Of a stretch of 64,000 nucleotides of DNA, positions 10,585 through 23,710 are shown piece after piece. Source of the DNA: Podarcis liolepis (Eukaryota). Numbering within the stretch: position 1 is the stretch's first letter; each line of letters begins with the position of its first letter. The notes beneath the pieces were generated by a model, which had not been told where the DNA came from, did not search any database, and worked only from the letters and a program-made list of their open reading frames with translations. A program made the translations under genes and the position numbers. The stretch is from NCBI GenBank assembly GCA_965112155.1, contig OZ218098.1; one strand, 5' to 3'.

Positions 10585-11952
10585 TAGCTTCTTGCTACTA
10601 ATGTGATTACTAGAGGTAGGATTCAAAAAATTACAGGCTTCTGTGTGCACACTAGAACTTTAGCCACTCCTTCGTTTCTGGGTCCCATGTGCACTTTGAA
10701 AAACCGCTCTAGAAAGTTAAGGGGCCTCTAGAATGATGAGATGCCATTGAAAAAAGGAAATCTGGAGCATCCAGATGGGCATGGTATTATTTTGATCATA
10801 ACAGATCTGTCTGTTTATAATGAAGGATATAGTTTAAGTTAATTCATTACAATAATGATGGAAACAGGTAATAGGAATAATTTGAATACTATGTGATCCA
10901 GTAATTAATGGTAAGACACATCTTATGGAGATTGACACCTGATAATTGTCTAATTACAGTCCCTCAGTCACTGATGAAGCCCAAAAGGAAACAGATTGAG
11001 TTAAAAATACAGTAGTTACAATGAACATTCCAAAATCATATCATGGAGCAATTATAGTTAGAATAACTTGAAACACAATTCCAAAAAAGAAAACAAGTCG
11101 AGCCAGGATTTTCAATAGAATGAAAGTTCCTCATTATATATAGTGAATAATTATTGTTTCTGGTTATTTAGTATTTAATCCTCCATTCATTTTCCAGTAA
11201 TAGCTCAGAAAGTATTCTCCTTGAGAAAAACAAGGAATGCTGAACTAATGTTGGCAAATTTCAAGATTGCTTAAAGTACAGAAGCTGCTATACTTTTACA
11301 ATACTAATTAGTATCATATTTCAAGCTTTTAGCATTCATATTTTATACAAAACTATTAGTTCAACAAGAAGAATGAGGTAGGCATTGAGTGGGGGAGAGT
11401 TTCCATTTAAACCTTCTTCCCAAGATTAGCAGCAATTTTTATTTTTCTATCAGTTTGTAACAATCATGGGCTGCTGCAATATTTATTCTCATAATGAGAA
11501 ATAAGCACCAACATCTATTCCCTCTTAGAAAGGTATTGTCTTCTACATCTGCTTTTTAATATGAGTCACTCTGATGACATCTTATCTATAAACTTTCTTA
11601 AATTACTCTTAAAAAGTAACAAGAATGTCAGATTTGATCTAGCAAAAATGAAAGGCTGCCTTTCTTCTTAAGTTAATTGACAGTAAACAGACTTGCCTGT
11701 CTATCTATCTTTGTCTAACTTTTTCCGGCTGGATAAACGCAATCACTACTAAACTTGACAAAAGACAATGATATTATTAATGAGAGCATGTACATGATGT
11801 TAAAACTTTTCTTTACAGACATCCAGTGAACTCCAATTAACAACATACTGTAGCTCTTATGTTTAAAAAGGCTTCGGGAGAAGAACAGAAAGGTTGACTG
11901 AAGGAAAAAAGAAAGATGAGTTGGGTACAAATGCTCTAAATAAATAAATAAT

Positions 11953-12560
11953 GTTCCTATTCTGCCTCACCACAGATGGTTCTTCTGTTTGCCTATGATC
12001 CATACCACTTTCAATACCTTGCTATCTAGTTTAGCCTCTACTCAACACTGAGCGTTTTCATGAAGGTTATAGTTATCCCGATGACACATCTTCACTTCTA
12101 ATAATATCCATCTACCCATATCTAGGAGCTATTTTGGTCAGAGCTGAGATTCTAAATTAGGTTCTCAGTTATGTTCAGAAAACTATCAATGTCCTGGGGG
12201 ATTATGGGTTCCTGGTGAGTCGGGAAAAGGGTCAGTTCGTTCCAATCCAAGACCTGCAACATCTTGGGGCTATCCTAGACACTGTTCAATAAAACATTTC
12301 CTGTCACTTAAAAGGGTTCACAACACCATGGATATGACGAGCATGCTGCAGCAGAGTACCTCAGCAAACCTCACGTTTCTGGTCAGGGCCTTGGGATTTT
12401 CAATTCAACCATCCAATTTTTCCCCTGGGCACATCTCTAGGCCTCCCACCACAGATGTTCAAAGAATGACAAGAGAACAGGCTTTTTCTGTGCCCCTCCA
12501 CCAACAGTAGAATGTTTTCCTCAGCATGGTTCAACTGGTGTCAACACCTTTCTGGCATAA
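11953..12560 (+). pseudogene. DIRS-type reverse transcriptase fossil
   Basis: Broken frames VPILPHHRWF / HFQYLAI*FSL..LSVFMK / IYPYLG / GFLVSREKGQFVPIQDLQHLGAILDT follow the DIRS RT motif order. Confidence 0.7.
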
Positions 12561-14806
12561 GGCAAATAAGTTTTTAATGGACAACTTGACAGCACTAATG
12601 GCCACGCTTTGGTGGTTTATTTTTGGTGTTAATTCTTAAGTGGGTAGAATGGATGGCTCTATGATGTTGTTGAGTGAATTTTGTGGATGAACACTCTTGG
12701 TATATTTCTTTATATATATTTTATATTTTATTTTGTATGTTATTGTCCATGTGAAAGCAATGGGTCTCCCAGCATTGTGAAAGAATACCTGAACTGTATA
12801 GACTGAGTTCACTTTAATTATAAACAAGCTGATAATTATGACCAATTAAAGTTGACTTATATGTGATTAGTCCTCAAAAGGTTCAGGCATAGAGAGGTGT
12901 TTTCTAGATATGTTACATTAGACCATTTACCTGAATGTGTGAGGAACTGAACCTGAGGTCTTCTGCATGCAAGGATCTTCTTCCCTATTGATCTATGGCC
13001 TCTCTCATTATATTGTGCTACAGAAAATGACAGTTTTAAAATAGTTTGGTACGAGCAACCAATTACTAATTGTATTTCACTTGAAATTCAAGAGGGGGGA
13101 ACATGAATTATTTCTTGTTTTAACTCTGATCTGTCTTCCACCTTTCTTTTATAGCTCCATATAGTTGTGCTTCTGAATTTAATGGATTTAAATGTGATAA
13201 AGATCTAGATAAATGATGGAGAACCTGTGGTCTTCCTGATATTGTGGACTCCCATTAGCTTCAACCAGCATGGGGAATGGTCAGTAACGATGGGGGGCTG
13301 ACCTACATGACATACCTATTTCAGACACATTTGATGGTAACGTAAAGCCTTCTTTTCTGTGGTTCCATGCACACTGCAGAATTTGCTGCCCCAAGACATC
13401 TGTCTGGCTTCAATGAGCTTTCACCATCTTTGAAAGAACTTCTACCTGCTTGATCTGACTGCATTTTTGTCTACTATCCTGTCTGTTTTAAGCTTGTATT
13501 ATTTGTGATTTTATATGTTCAGTTGATTATTTATATTTGCCACCTTCAGTATCCTCAGATATAAAAGGAAGGGTATGAATTTAGATACAATCTTGATTTG
13601 TTGTTCCACTTTGCTTTTGCCTTTGTTTACTGTGCACATTCACTGTCTAACTAATTCACATTTGGAATTGTAAGTTGATGTCTTTTTACTAGCAATGCAT
13701 TCCCAGGCCACACAAAGTAAGTCTCTTTTGAAACTGATTGGATTTTTCAAAAACAGCTTGTAATAAGAAGGGCCTCTTCAAAGGGAGGGAGTAAAAAATT
13801 CCAGTCTTTAGACATACCTATGGTGGCTCTTTGGATCTCAGTGTAGAGCCTTTATGTCCAAAGAGGTCTCATTTCATGTCTGCTCTGTCAGATAATTTGT
13901 ATTTTACTTCCAACTTTTACTTATGTAATAACATTTCTTTTAATGTCAGTCATTTTGCATGTATAGCCTTCAAAACTGAATCAAAGAAAAATAGATGTGG
14001 AACATTATCAAACTTATGGCTTTCACTGTAGATATCCAGTATTCATTAACGTACTAAGGAGAGCACATCTTTTTTTAAAAAACCCACAATAACTTTCCAA
14101 GTAGCATAGCTAATAAACATTAAGTCTACATTCTGATGGTTTATATTAAATTTCCTGTTAAAATAAGCATTATTTTTCTATAAAGAATTCATCATATTGA
14201 GGACAATGGAATACATATATGTGTTAAAGGATAAAAAGAAAGTTAAGTAACTGAAGTCTTTTTTATTCACCTGTGTACCATTTTTATGTATTCAGTATGG
14301 CACTTACTTTAAAACATTTTACTTCATACAGTATACACAGTTCATGTTTTAAAACAAATTTCTCAGTTGAATAGGCTCTATTCCTCTCTGACCGTTCTCA
14401 TGATTGAAAGAAAAAATCATGGAGCATAAAAGATTATCTAAATATACCCCATCTAAAAATCCAATAGCAATAGATATATTGCTAGACTAGCAAATTTTCT
14501 TACACACCAAAGTACCTAACTTACTTGGGCAACTGCTTTGTTCACAATCTCCAGGGCTGTATTGAAAATGGCATGGCAGCCTCAAGAAGCTGTACTGAAA
14601 GTAAAGCTTTTCTGTGCCAAGAGTGATGCCAGAATGAAACATGTGTACTAAAATGCCCACCTGGAAAACTCTTCTAGTACAGACCAGTTTCCAGCCAGTA
14701 GCTTGCATTGTGGAACATTGACCCCTGCATTTAAAACACAGATTTTACCCTGAAGGCTGAAGCTCAAGACGTGTGACAAACGAAGGGTCATGCCACAAAT
14801 GGCTCT

Positions 14807-14807
<1 letters not shown>

Positions 14808-14880
<73 letters not shown>
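14808..14880. repeat. Compound microsatellite (CT)n(CA)n
   Basis: Direct reading. Confidence 0.97.
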
Positions 14881-14883
<3 letters not shown>

Positions 14884-15584
14884 AGCTGTATTTACATGGC
14901 ATCAACATTTTACAGATTTAAAATTGTATTTTATAATTATTGAGAAAACCCTCAGTGATTAAACAGATATTCAAAACTATTTTATATTCATTTATTTTCC
15001 TTCTGAGCTCACCCACTGGTTGAGTTCATTCTCAAGAAGCCTACCTTGGAATTCCACAATTCAGGATGTGAGGGCCACTATGATAGAAAGCAGGGTTTTC
15101 TTGACAGTGGCACCAATATAATCCCCCTCAATAGGTGCCCTTTGCACCTCCTACCTGACTTTCAGACAGCTTGATTTGAAACTGTGTGTACAACCTGGGC
15201 TCGTATAATATACATTTTAGCTAAATAATAATATATATTTTAGTAAAATAGTATCTGTATTCTATCCTATTGTGGAGCTGATCAAGCTGAAATTTGCTCA
15301 CTTTGTCCAATTGCTTTCATGTGAAGAGTTATGTTTCTCACACTAAAAACAATGAAACTTAAATGCTTAACTATAGCAGGATTGGGCAATATATACATCT
15401 AAATACAAATTTAGTTTGCTTCCTGCTTCACTTACCTGAGAGACAGAAAGGCTCAGCTCTATGCACATCCCCTACTAGCAAAAGGACAGAACCAAGACGC
15501 TAGAAGATCTTAGTTCTCAGGTTTGAATAGTTTTGTAGAGAAACTAATGTGTCATGTTTTTAGCCATGACACTAGTATTCAAGA

Positions 15585-15941
15585 GGGACACGGGTGGCGC
15601 TGTGGTTTAAACCACTGTGCCGCTTGGACTTGCTGATCAGAAGGTCAGCGGTTCAAATTCCTGCAACGGGGTGAGCTCCCGTTGCTCAGTCCCTGCTCCT
15701 GCCAACCTAGCAGTTCGAAAGCACGTCAAAGTGCAAGTAGATAAATAGGTACCGCTCCGGCGGGAAGGTAAACGGCGTTTCCGTGCGCTGTTCTGGTTCG
15801 CCAGAAGCGGCTTAGTCATGCTGGCCACATGACCCGGAAAAACTGTCTGCAGACAAACGCCGGCTCCCTTGGTCTATAGAGCGAGATGAGCGCCGCAACA
15901 CCAGAATCATCCGCGACTGTCAGGGATATCTTTACCTTTAC
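15585..15941 (+). mobile_element. Sauria SINE, near full length
   Basis: tRNA-like head with A/B boxes, Sauria body, ACCTTT tail; 13-bp TSD CTAGTATTCAAGA at 15572-15584 and 15942-15954. Confidence 0.93.
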
Positions 15942-16883
15942 CTAGTATTCAAGAAAAGGTTTTTCAAATTTCAGCCAGCAAAGCTACCTAAATTTAATAA
16001 TGCACTTGCTATTGCCAGAAAAAGTTTTCCTGTTATCTAACATCACAAAGATTTCATTTTACTTCTGTGCAGCATCTGAATAATGATCAAAGATCCTAAT
16101 TGATTTTCAGTCAACAGAGGATAAACCAGATGTTCTGCACTGAGTTAGGGTCATTATCCTTTTGTCAAAAATTTGTAAGAAAAAGGCAATTTGTTCACAA
16201 TTATAATTTTTAAAGCTATGAAATGTAATTTAGTGCCTGAGCCTACTTAACACATCACTGAACACTTTCTGTACATTTTCATTTCACTTAAGCCCTGACC
16301 CCAAATCAGACATGCTTGCTTTTCTTTACACTTCATTTCAGAAAATGCCACCAACCTAACAAAGCCAAAATAAATGTAATTCGCTTTACTATGAGATTTA
16401 GATTACCTTTATAACTAATAATTGCAAACAGAGTTGCTTACCTGGTAATTCATGTGCCCATATGCAAGCACATCAGAATAAATATTGCAAAAATCTAAGC
16501 GACTTTTCTAAGGGCAATTATTTTACACTGGGGCAAGAACTGGGGAGGAGGGAAGCTCAGGAGATTCTTCGGAATTCTCTTTCTATGTTGGCTGTTTGAT
16601 AATTGTTTGTAAATTTTTAAAATCTGAAAAACTAAATAAAATTTTAAAAAAGAACTTGCTCATTGGTGGCATTTTCTAAAGCAGCATATACACTGGCAGA
16701 ACTATAACATATATATTTATTTTTTATTTGCAGACCCACAAAAAACATTATCAAAATAAAAATCAAACAGAAATAGAGGGAAAGGATACCAAGGCAGTCA
16801 CTATGTCCAGAGCATGTAGGTTTCTATTTCTTATTACTTCCAAGAGGAACTTAGCCATGGTCAGGGTAGTATCATTTGACATA

Positions 16884-17110
16884 CAGTAATACCTCCGCGA
16901 ACGTCTGCCTCGTCTAGCGTCCATTCCGGCGAACGTCCATGGCAAATCCGGAAGTACCGGAATGGGTTACTTCCAGGTTTGCCATTCGCATATGCACAGA
17001 AACACAAATCGCTCCGTGCGCGTGCGCAGGCGTGGCACTTTGCCCTGTGTCTTTTTCGGCTAGCGGCTGGGGCTCCGGAACGGATCCCGGTCGCAAACCA
17101 AGGAGGTACT
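16884..17110. mobile_element. Tigger-like MITE with truncated right TIR
   Basis: TA-CAGTAATACCTCC...GGAGGTACT. Confidence 0.65.
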
Positions 17111-17119
17111 TAAGGTGGA

Positions 17120-17397
17120 GCGGGGCGCAGGTGGCGCTGTGGGTTAAACCACTAAGCTTAGGGCTTGCTGATCAGAAGGTTGGTGGTTCAAATCCCCACG
17201 ATGGTGTGAGCTCCCGTTGTTCAGTCCCAGCGTTTCCGTGCCTTGCTGTGGTTCACCAGAAGCGGCTTAGTCATGCTGGCCACAAGACCCGGAAGCTGTA
17301 CGCCGGCTCCCTCGGCCGATAAAGTGAGATGAGCGCCGCAACCCCAGAGTCGTCCACGTGTGGACCTAACTTTCAGCGGTCCCTTTACCTTTACCTT
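17120..17397 (+). mobile_element. Sauria SINE with internal deletion
   Basis: Head and tail as in 15585-15941 with the central part missing; TSD TACTTAAGGTGGA at 17107-17119 and 17398-17410. Confidence 0.9.
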
Positions 17398-17799
17398 TAC
17401 TTAAGGTGGATGGTTTCAGATTTCCAGTTAAGTTTACCAATAGGGGTTTTTTATTAATTGATCCCTGGCTTGTTTGAACTGCTCACAAATATAGTAGGAT
17501 ATGCTTCATAGAGAGCATAATCAGAGCCTATTCTGATAGGATATACCAGACAGTTAGTACTTTTGATGGAAGTATGTTTAGTCTGGCTTTGGTGAATAAT
17601 CGACAATAGTTAGGTACAGACAGATTCATATGATGGTAACTGAAAATCATGGCCATAGTGGATTTCAGATACAAACGGTCCACAGGTTACATATGATCTA
17701 GAGCAAAGATTGCTGTACGAAATCTTTAGCCAGCATTTCAAGGGTCTGCCAGTGGCAATTCCAGGACTTTGTGTAGTGAAACAACAGCCCTAGGCACCC

Positions 17800-19270
17800 G
17801 AAGCATTTAGTCGGCTCTAGATTATGACCATCTAGTACCTACCAGTATTTACCAGGGGAATATCTTTTCTTGAAGACTAAATTTTTTGACTTCTCATAGA
17901 CAATGAATAACCCATTTACAGAATAGTAATCTGACAACTTCCTTAGTTAGTATTTCAAGCCAGGTCTTGAGCGAGAGAGGATGGCCACATTGTCCGCATA
18001 TAACAAAAGAGGGATCTTTTTTGGGATATGACCATCTGGGTCCATTAGACTTTCCTCTAAATCATTTGGGAAAAGGCTAAAGAATGTGGAGGCCAAAATA
18101 CAGCCCTGTCTCACTCCACATGCCATCTCAATACAATCCGAACGTTGGCCCTGCAACCCACAATTTGCTATCACTCTACAGAGATTTAATAAGGAAGAAG
18201 AGTCATTTATCCTGCAGTAAGAGATGTAATTTGGTCTATAGTTTCGATCTGGGAATACAGTCAAAAGCGGATTTCATGTCCATAAGGGCCACAGATAGTT
18301 TTCCCTGCAGAGGTCTGGTGTATTTCTCTGCTAAGTTGTGCAGCACGAGGCAGTGATCTGATGTTGAAAGGTTCTCACAAAAGACAGCTTGGGCTTCATA
18401 TATTATATTATTAGCATTTTTAAAAGTTGTCAGTTTTACAGAGAGAAAACGAGCGTAAAGCTTTCCTATTATAGAAAGCAGACTAATTGGCCTATAATGT
18501 GAAGGCACATTAGATTGTCCTTTCTTAAAAATTGGGTGTCTCCAGCTGGTCGGCACTTTGCCCGAGTTATTAACTGTTGTAAAAATCACTGCTAAAAGAG
18601 GGGCCCACCATTACTGGTTTGATGTGATCAACTCAGCTGGAATTTCCTGGTGTCTTACTGCTTTTCAGATTCTTAATTAGCGCACAGACTTCTTCTGCTG
18701 TAACCGGGTTCCCAAGTGGGAGCTTTGTCAGTTCTGGAAAATAATGTCGCAAATGGGGGGAGGGGAATTTGAATTGCCAGTAAATATTGTTTTAAAATGG
18801 TTCTCCCATACATGGGCTGTGATAGAGCAGCTAGGGGCTGGGGAGTTACTTTGACTTCATGAAGTTTGACTTCATTATTTAGTGAAGCGTTCAGTAACAG
18901 GGACCAAGAGTTGTGTTCAAACTGCCTTTTTTCGCAGCCAATAAGGTTTTATACTCCTTTTTTATTTTGAGATAGGTTGGAGGTAAATAGTTTAGACCAG
19001 CATTTTTATAGGCCAAGTAAGAATCCTGTAAGGCTTTCTTCTTCATGTGGCACTCTTGGCCAAACCTTTACTAATATGGGGCTTACTGCCCGAACTTGCA
19101 TTGACAGAGACAACTGTCTCTGCAGGTGATCAATGAGATTATTGTAGGCCTCCAGGGACGAATCTACTGAGGGATCTTTGATTGTTATTTATTTTAAGTG
19201 GATTGCGGTTTGTGAGTTCAGTCTGGCCTCAGCTGAAGTAGCCAAGTCAGGAGTCCATTTTTTCCTTCAC
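17800..19270 (-). pseudogene. Decayed non-LTR retrotransposon RT (RTE-X-like)
   Basis: PIFKKG, YRPISLLS, DMKSAFD, GVRQGC and LLYADN motifs across frameshifted ORFs 18236-18589 and 17947-18264. Confidence 0.8.
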
Positions 19271-20441
19271 TTTACTCGACCTCAATTCATATATATATAA
19301 AAAAAACTGAGTGCAAAACCTTGGAGTGCAACCCAATTAATATATAGAAATACAAGAAGAGTTGGTGCCAGATTGACTGATTCCATTTTTATTCCATTCT
19401 GTCTAAGAACTCTGGGCAGTATACCTTTTTTTCCTCACTTCCCAATGCTCTTCAAGGCTATGAGAGGATTTGAACCTGGGGTAGTAGTCAATAAAGCTTT
19501 ACTCAGAGTAGAGCAATTGAAATTAGTAAACCAAACTTAGTCATGTTCATTAATTTCAATGGGTATACACTGAGCACAGCATAGCTGAATGCCACCCTAT
19601 TTCTTCCAAGTCCTGTATTACATAATATGGTAATCACTACACCATACTGGCACTTTTAACCAGCATAGGAGGTGAAACTAGTAAACAGCTATCGGATAAG
19701 TACATGAAGAGAGTGGAGAATAGTGGCTGGTTAATATGAGAGGCTGACACCTACTCTCTAGCAAAGCCTTGTATAGTCACCGCTTAGAGGTGAAAGCCTT
19801 CTCTACTGTCATCCTCCAAAGTGAGTTTCTGTGCCTCTGGGTAATGCAGAAAGCTATTGCTATACTGTATAAATCAGGAAAATTGGAATACATGGAATAT
19901 TATTTTCAGAAAGCCTAATGTTTGAACACCGCATAATTAAATATGATACAAATATACTAACTTTATAGAACATTAACTTTGAAACAGTAGTTTCTAATGT
20001 ATTTATATAATCAGGATAAGCCTGAAAGATTGCATTTTAAACGCTTCCTGGTACAAATAGCACCTTTAAGAACAAACTTTTATTACTCAGCTGACCTTGT
20101 CCTTAGTTCAATGATCTGGAAGCACTTTGCTAGGTGTGTAGCTTCCTTTTTAATAGCAATGACCTTCATAGAACTATTACTGATTAATGGGCCTATTTTT
20201 GAAGGAAGCTTCATCCATAAGTCTGTCTTCTCATTCTTTTAATTAGAACCACTTTATTCAGGGAATTTATTCACTGGGGTTTTTGAATTGTTAGCTGTGT
20301 CTTTATAGTCTAATATACATTGTTATCTATTCAGAATTTAGAATATTTTAAAATCAAAATTCAGGCCATTTTCACAAGTTATGTTAACATCAAAAAAGCC
20401 CTTTGATTTAACTTCATCACTGTATTATCAATAAAATATAC

Positions 20442-21152
20442 TTTATTTATTTTTGTGTTATTTATTTATACCCTACCTTTCCCCCCGAACCAGGATTCAA
20501 GGAAGTTTACAAAAATAAAAACTAATAAAGATAAAACACAGAAGACTAAAAACACATAAAAGATAATAATTAAAAAGTGATTGAACTACAATGGAATTAA
20601 AACCATGTAAAAACAAATTTAATTAAAATACAGATAGAAGAAAACAGGTAATAAATACAGCACAGTGCTATTAAAAGTCATTTCCTTAAAAGCAGTCAGT
20701 TCCCCAAAGCCTGCCAGAATAAAACCGTTTCCACCTGCTGGCCGAAGGACAATAAGGAGGGAGTCTCAGTCTAACCTCCCTAGGACGGGAGTTCCAAAGT
20801 CTGGGAGCAGCCACTGAGGAGTCCTTTGCCCACATCCCCAGAAACATCCCTGTGTAGGTGGTGAGGCTGAGAGAAGGGCATCCTCTGAAGGGCTCTGAGC
20901 CCATGCAGGGCCGTAAGGGAGTACAGAGTCCTTCAGATAGCCTGGGCCTAAGCCGTATAGGACTTCATAGTTCAGAACCAGCCCTTTGAATTGTTCCCAG
21001 AAACAAACTGGTAGCCAGTGGAGCCCTTGTAACAAGGGAGTCATATAACCAGCCCTGGTCAACAGTTTGGCTACAGCTTTCTGGGCCACTTGAAGTTTCT
21101 GAGCACTTTTCAAACGCAACCTCATGTAGCGTGTATTCAGTAATCCAAACTG
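20442..21152 (-). mobile_element. L2 LINE 3' fragment
   Basis: LHWLPV and VAAPRLWNS motifs; AT-rich tail. Confidence 0.8.
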
Positions 21153-21624
21153 CAACAAAATAGAATCAATTCTTTCTCCAATTCATTTGACCCATTCTGT
21201 GTCACCAGTAATTCTAATGAAGGGATTGGTATTGGAACCTAGATTAGATATTCAAATTAACAATCCCCTCAGAGAAAATTTATGCAAATGCTATCCAAGC
21301 AAAGACCAAAAGTCACCTAGTTAGGCACCCGTTTGAGCCCTTCTAGCAACAGACCAAGTTTCATCCATTGTTCCTGAAGGACTTACTTTCCTAATGCAGA
21401 AATAGGTTTAGACATACATACAGTCAAGTGTCCCAACCAGGGATGTTGGTGAATTCTGCCAGAAGTGGAAATGGGAGGGGGAATTGCCACAGCGTGCATG
21501 TTCGTTAGAGGTCAGGGATGGAAAACACTCAAGTGAATATGAGTACAGTAGACCCACAACTTGAATGTTTGCAGCTTTGAGCAGCTAGTGGGAAAACAAA
21601 TAAATGGAGCACAAGGGGAAACAG

Positions 21625-21865
21625 ATGGAAGGGGCTGTCTGAGATCTCGTGCGACCTTCCCAGAGCCTGTTAAGCAAGGTGAAGGGCTTAGGAAGCTCTT
21701 TCCATGTTGGGTTTTCCTGCCATGGAAAGGGTTTTATAAGCCTACCACCTTGCTTACTAGGCTCTGGGAAGTTTGCATGAGGCCTCTGGAAGGCTGTGGG
21801 TGGCTCCAGAAAGATCTTGTGGAAACTACCCACAGTCTTCCAGAGGCCTCATACAACCTTCCCAA
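21625..21865. repeat. Nested inverted-repeat (double hairpin) element, likely MITE-derived
   Basis: Arms 21641-21706/21721-21786 and 21777-21808/21820-21852. Confidence 0.75.
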
Positions 21866-23710
21866 AGCCCAGTAAGTAGGGATGGTCATGTGGGTGGGTG
21901 GTTCCAGGGATATTCCTGACTTTGTGCAATTTTTGACTTTGTGTGCAGACCTCTGGAATGTAACCCCCATCTAAGTTTCAGGTGAACAGTAATATTTGCA
22001 ATTTCAAGTGTTCAGCTCAGCTTGCTGCACCTCCTACATTACACAATAATATTTACAGTAATCACATGAAGTAGTTCAGCATTATCATCCTCACACTGCA
22101 GATGAATGGGAGAAGGAGCTGGAGCTGAGAATGTCCTGCATCAGGCCACCTATAGTGACTGCATGGCAGATGCAAGATTTTAACCAGTAGCTGCCTGGTC
22201 CATTGGGCATTCTTTTAGACACTATACACACAGCTCTCATTAGAGCAGCTATCATCTATTCAGTACTATCAGGCATAAGCAACAAATGCAGTTTCATTTT
22301 TTCAGTAAAAGCGTGTTATCTATTACTTTCATACAATGTGACAAACAGTAATGCAAAGTCAGAAACACTGTATTCCTAATGTGTTTTTAGAATCCATCTC
22401 TGCTATATTGCCTTAATGGTTTGTGTCCCAAAGTATTCAACCTATTCCACAGAATGCCAGAGTTTTCAGTTCTAGACTTTCTTTGCCAGGATATTCTAAT
22501 CTATCACTATCACATTATCAACATTAATAACAAATAATCACACATTTGAAACACTTTCAGAGCTGCTAAACAAGTGTCACACAGGCAGTACTGTTACAAC
22601 AAAAGAGAACGTTGTGGGAGACGAGCATTTACAACAGGAAGCCCAACATCTCAATGCCCCTTTTAAATTTAATATCACAGAGTCATGATTGCTTTGGGGT
22701 TTGTGCTTGAAACTCCATTAATGGCTCTCCTTTCATTCAGTCTGTCGTGTACTAAATACACTGTGCTAATGGGAAACTCTAATTATTTTTATTTTGTGTT
22801 TCCTGAGGGCTGAGAACAACTGTTATAGGCAAAAATGTCATGGTGTTAGTATAAAAAGACTGATAATGGGAAGGGATACAATGTAAGAGGGGATTAATAT
22901 GTCCTAATTTTTCACAGAACCACTGTCATTTGCGTCAGCAAATGTGCATAAAAGCCTCATCAAACAAGAGCTTTTGAAATCATCTCCCCCACCCCCCAAA
23001 CAGGAACTCAAAATGTTTTCTTCTGTATGTTCCTGTATATGTATTAACTAGGAAAACTTTCAATGTAAAACCTTTTCTTACATATTATTGAGCCATACCC
23101 AGCAAAACACTACTATATATTGCAGCCTATCCACAGACAGGCAGCAGCTTAGTTCTCTCTGTGGTGCCAATGTGTCTTGCATGCCTGAATGCTGCGCCAC
23201 ACCAGAGGCGGCTGCAGAAGAGGGACGTCCTGGTTTTCTAACAGAATCTGGGGCGGCTTCTGTATATCTGGGGTGTCCTGCTCAGTGCTTTTTTCAGGGG
23301 GTACTCAAGGGTACGAAGTAACGGCACCTCTTTTTTGTTGTTAAAAGTGAATCAATCTTGTTTGATTAGATAATATAGGAGTGTTCCCTCTGCAACTGTG
23401 GGGTCTTTTTTTTACAACGAAGCAGTATATAATGCTGCCATACGAAAGTGGCACTGCCCCCCACCAGAGTACATAGGGCCTGCAAGGGAGGGTGGTGAGT
23501 GGCAGGGCACACGGAAGAGGGGCCCTTCTGAGACCCTGGGGCCCTTGGCCAATGCCTGACCGGCCGACTGCAGACCTTTTTTCTGAAATAAGCTAAAAAT
23601 ATCAAGAAATTGTGTTATAGGTTTGGAATCACACAAAAGACATTATTTTCTTTCTCCATTTAATTAATCCACATAGTTTTTCTTCTAAGCTTCCTAAACT
23701 CACTCAAGGA

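Noticed and set aside
16442-16507. Possible minus-strand exon KSRLDFCNIYSDVLAYGHMNYQ
   Set aside because: Good donor but weak acceptor and no recognisable homology.
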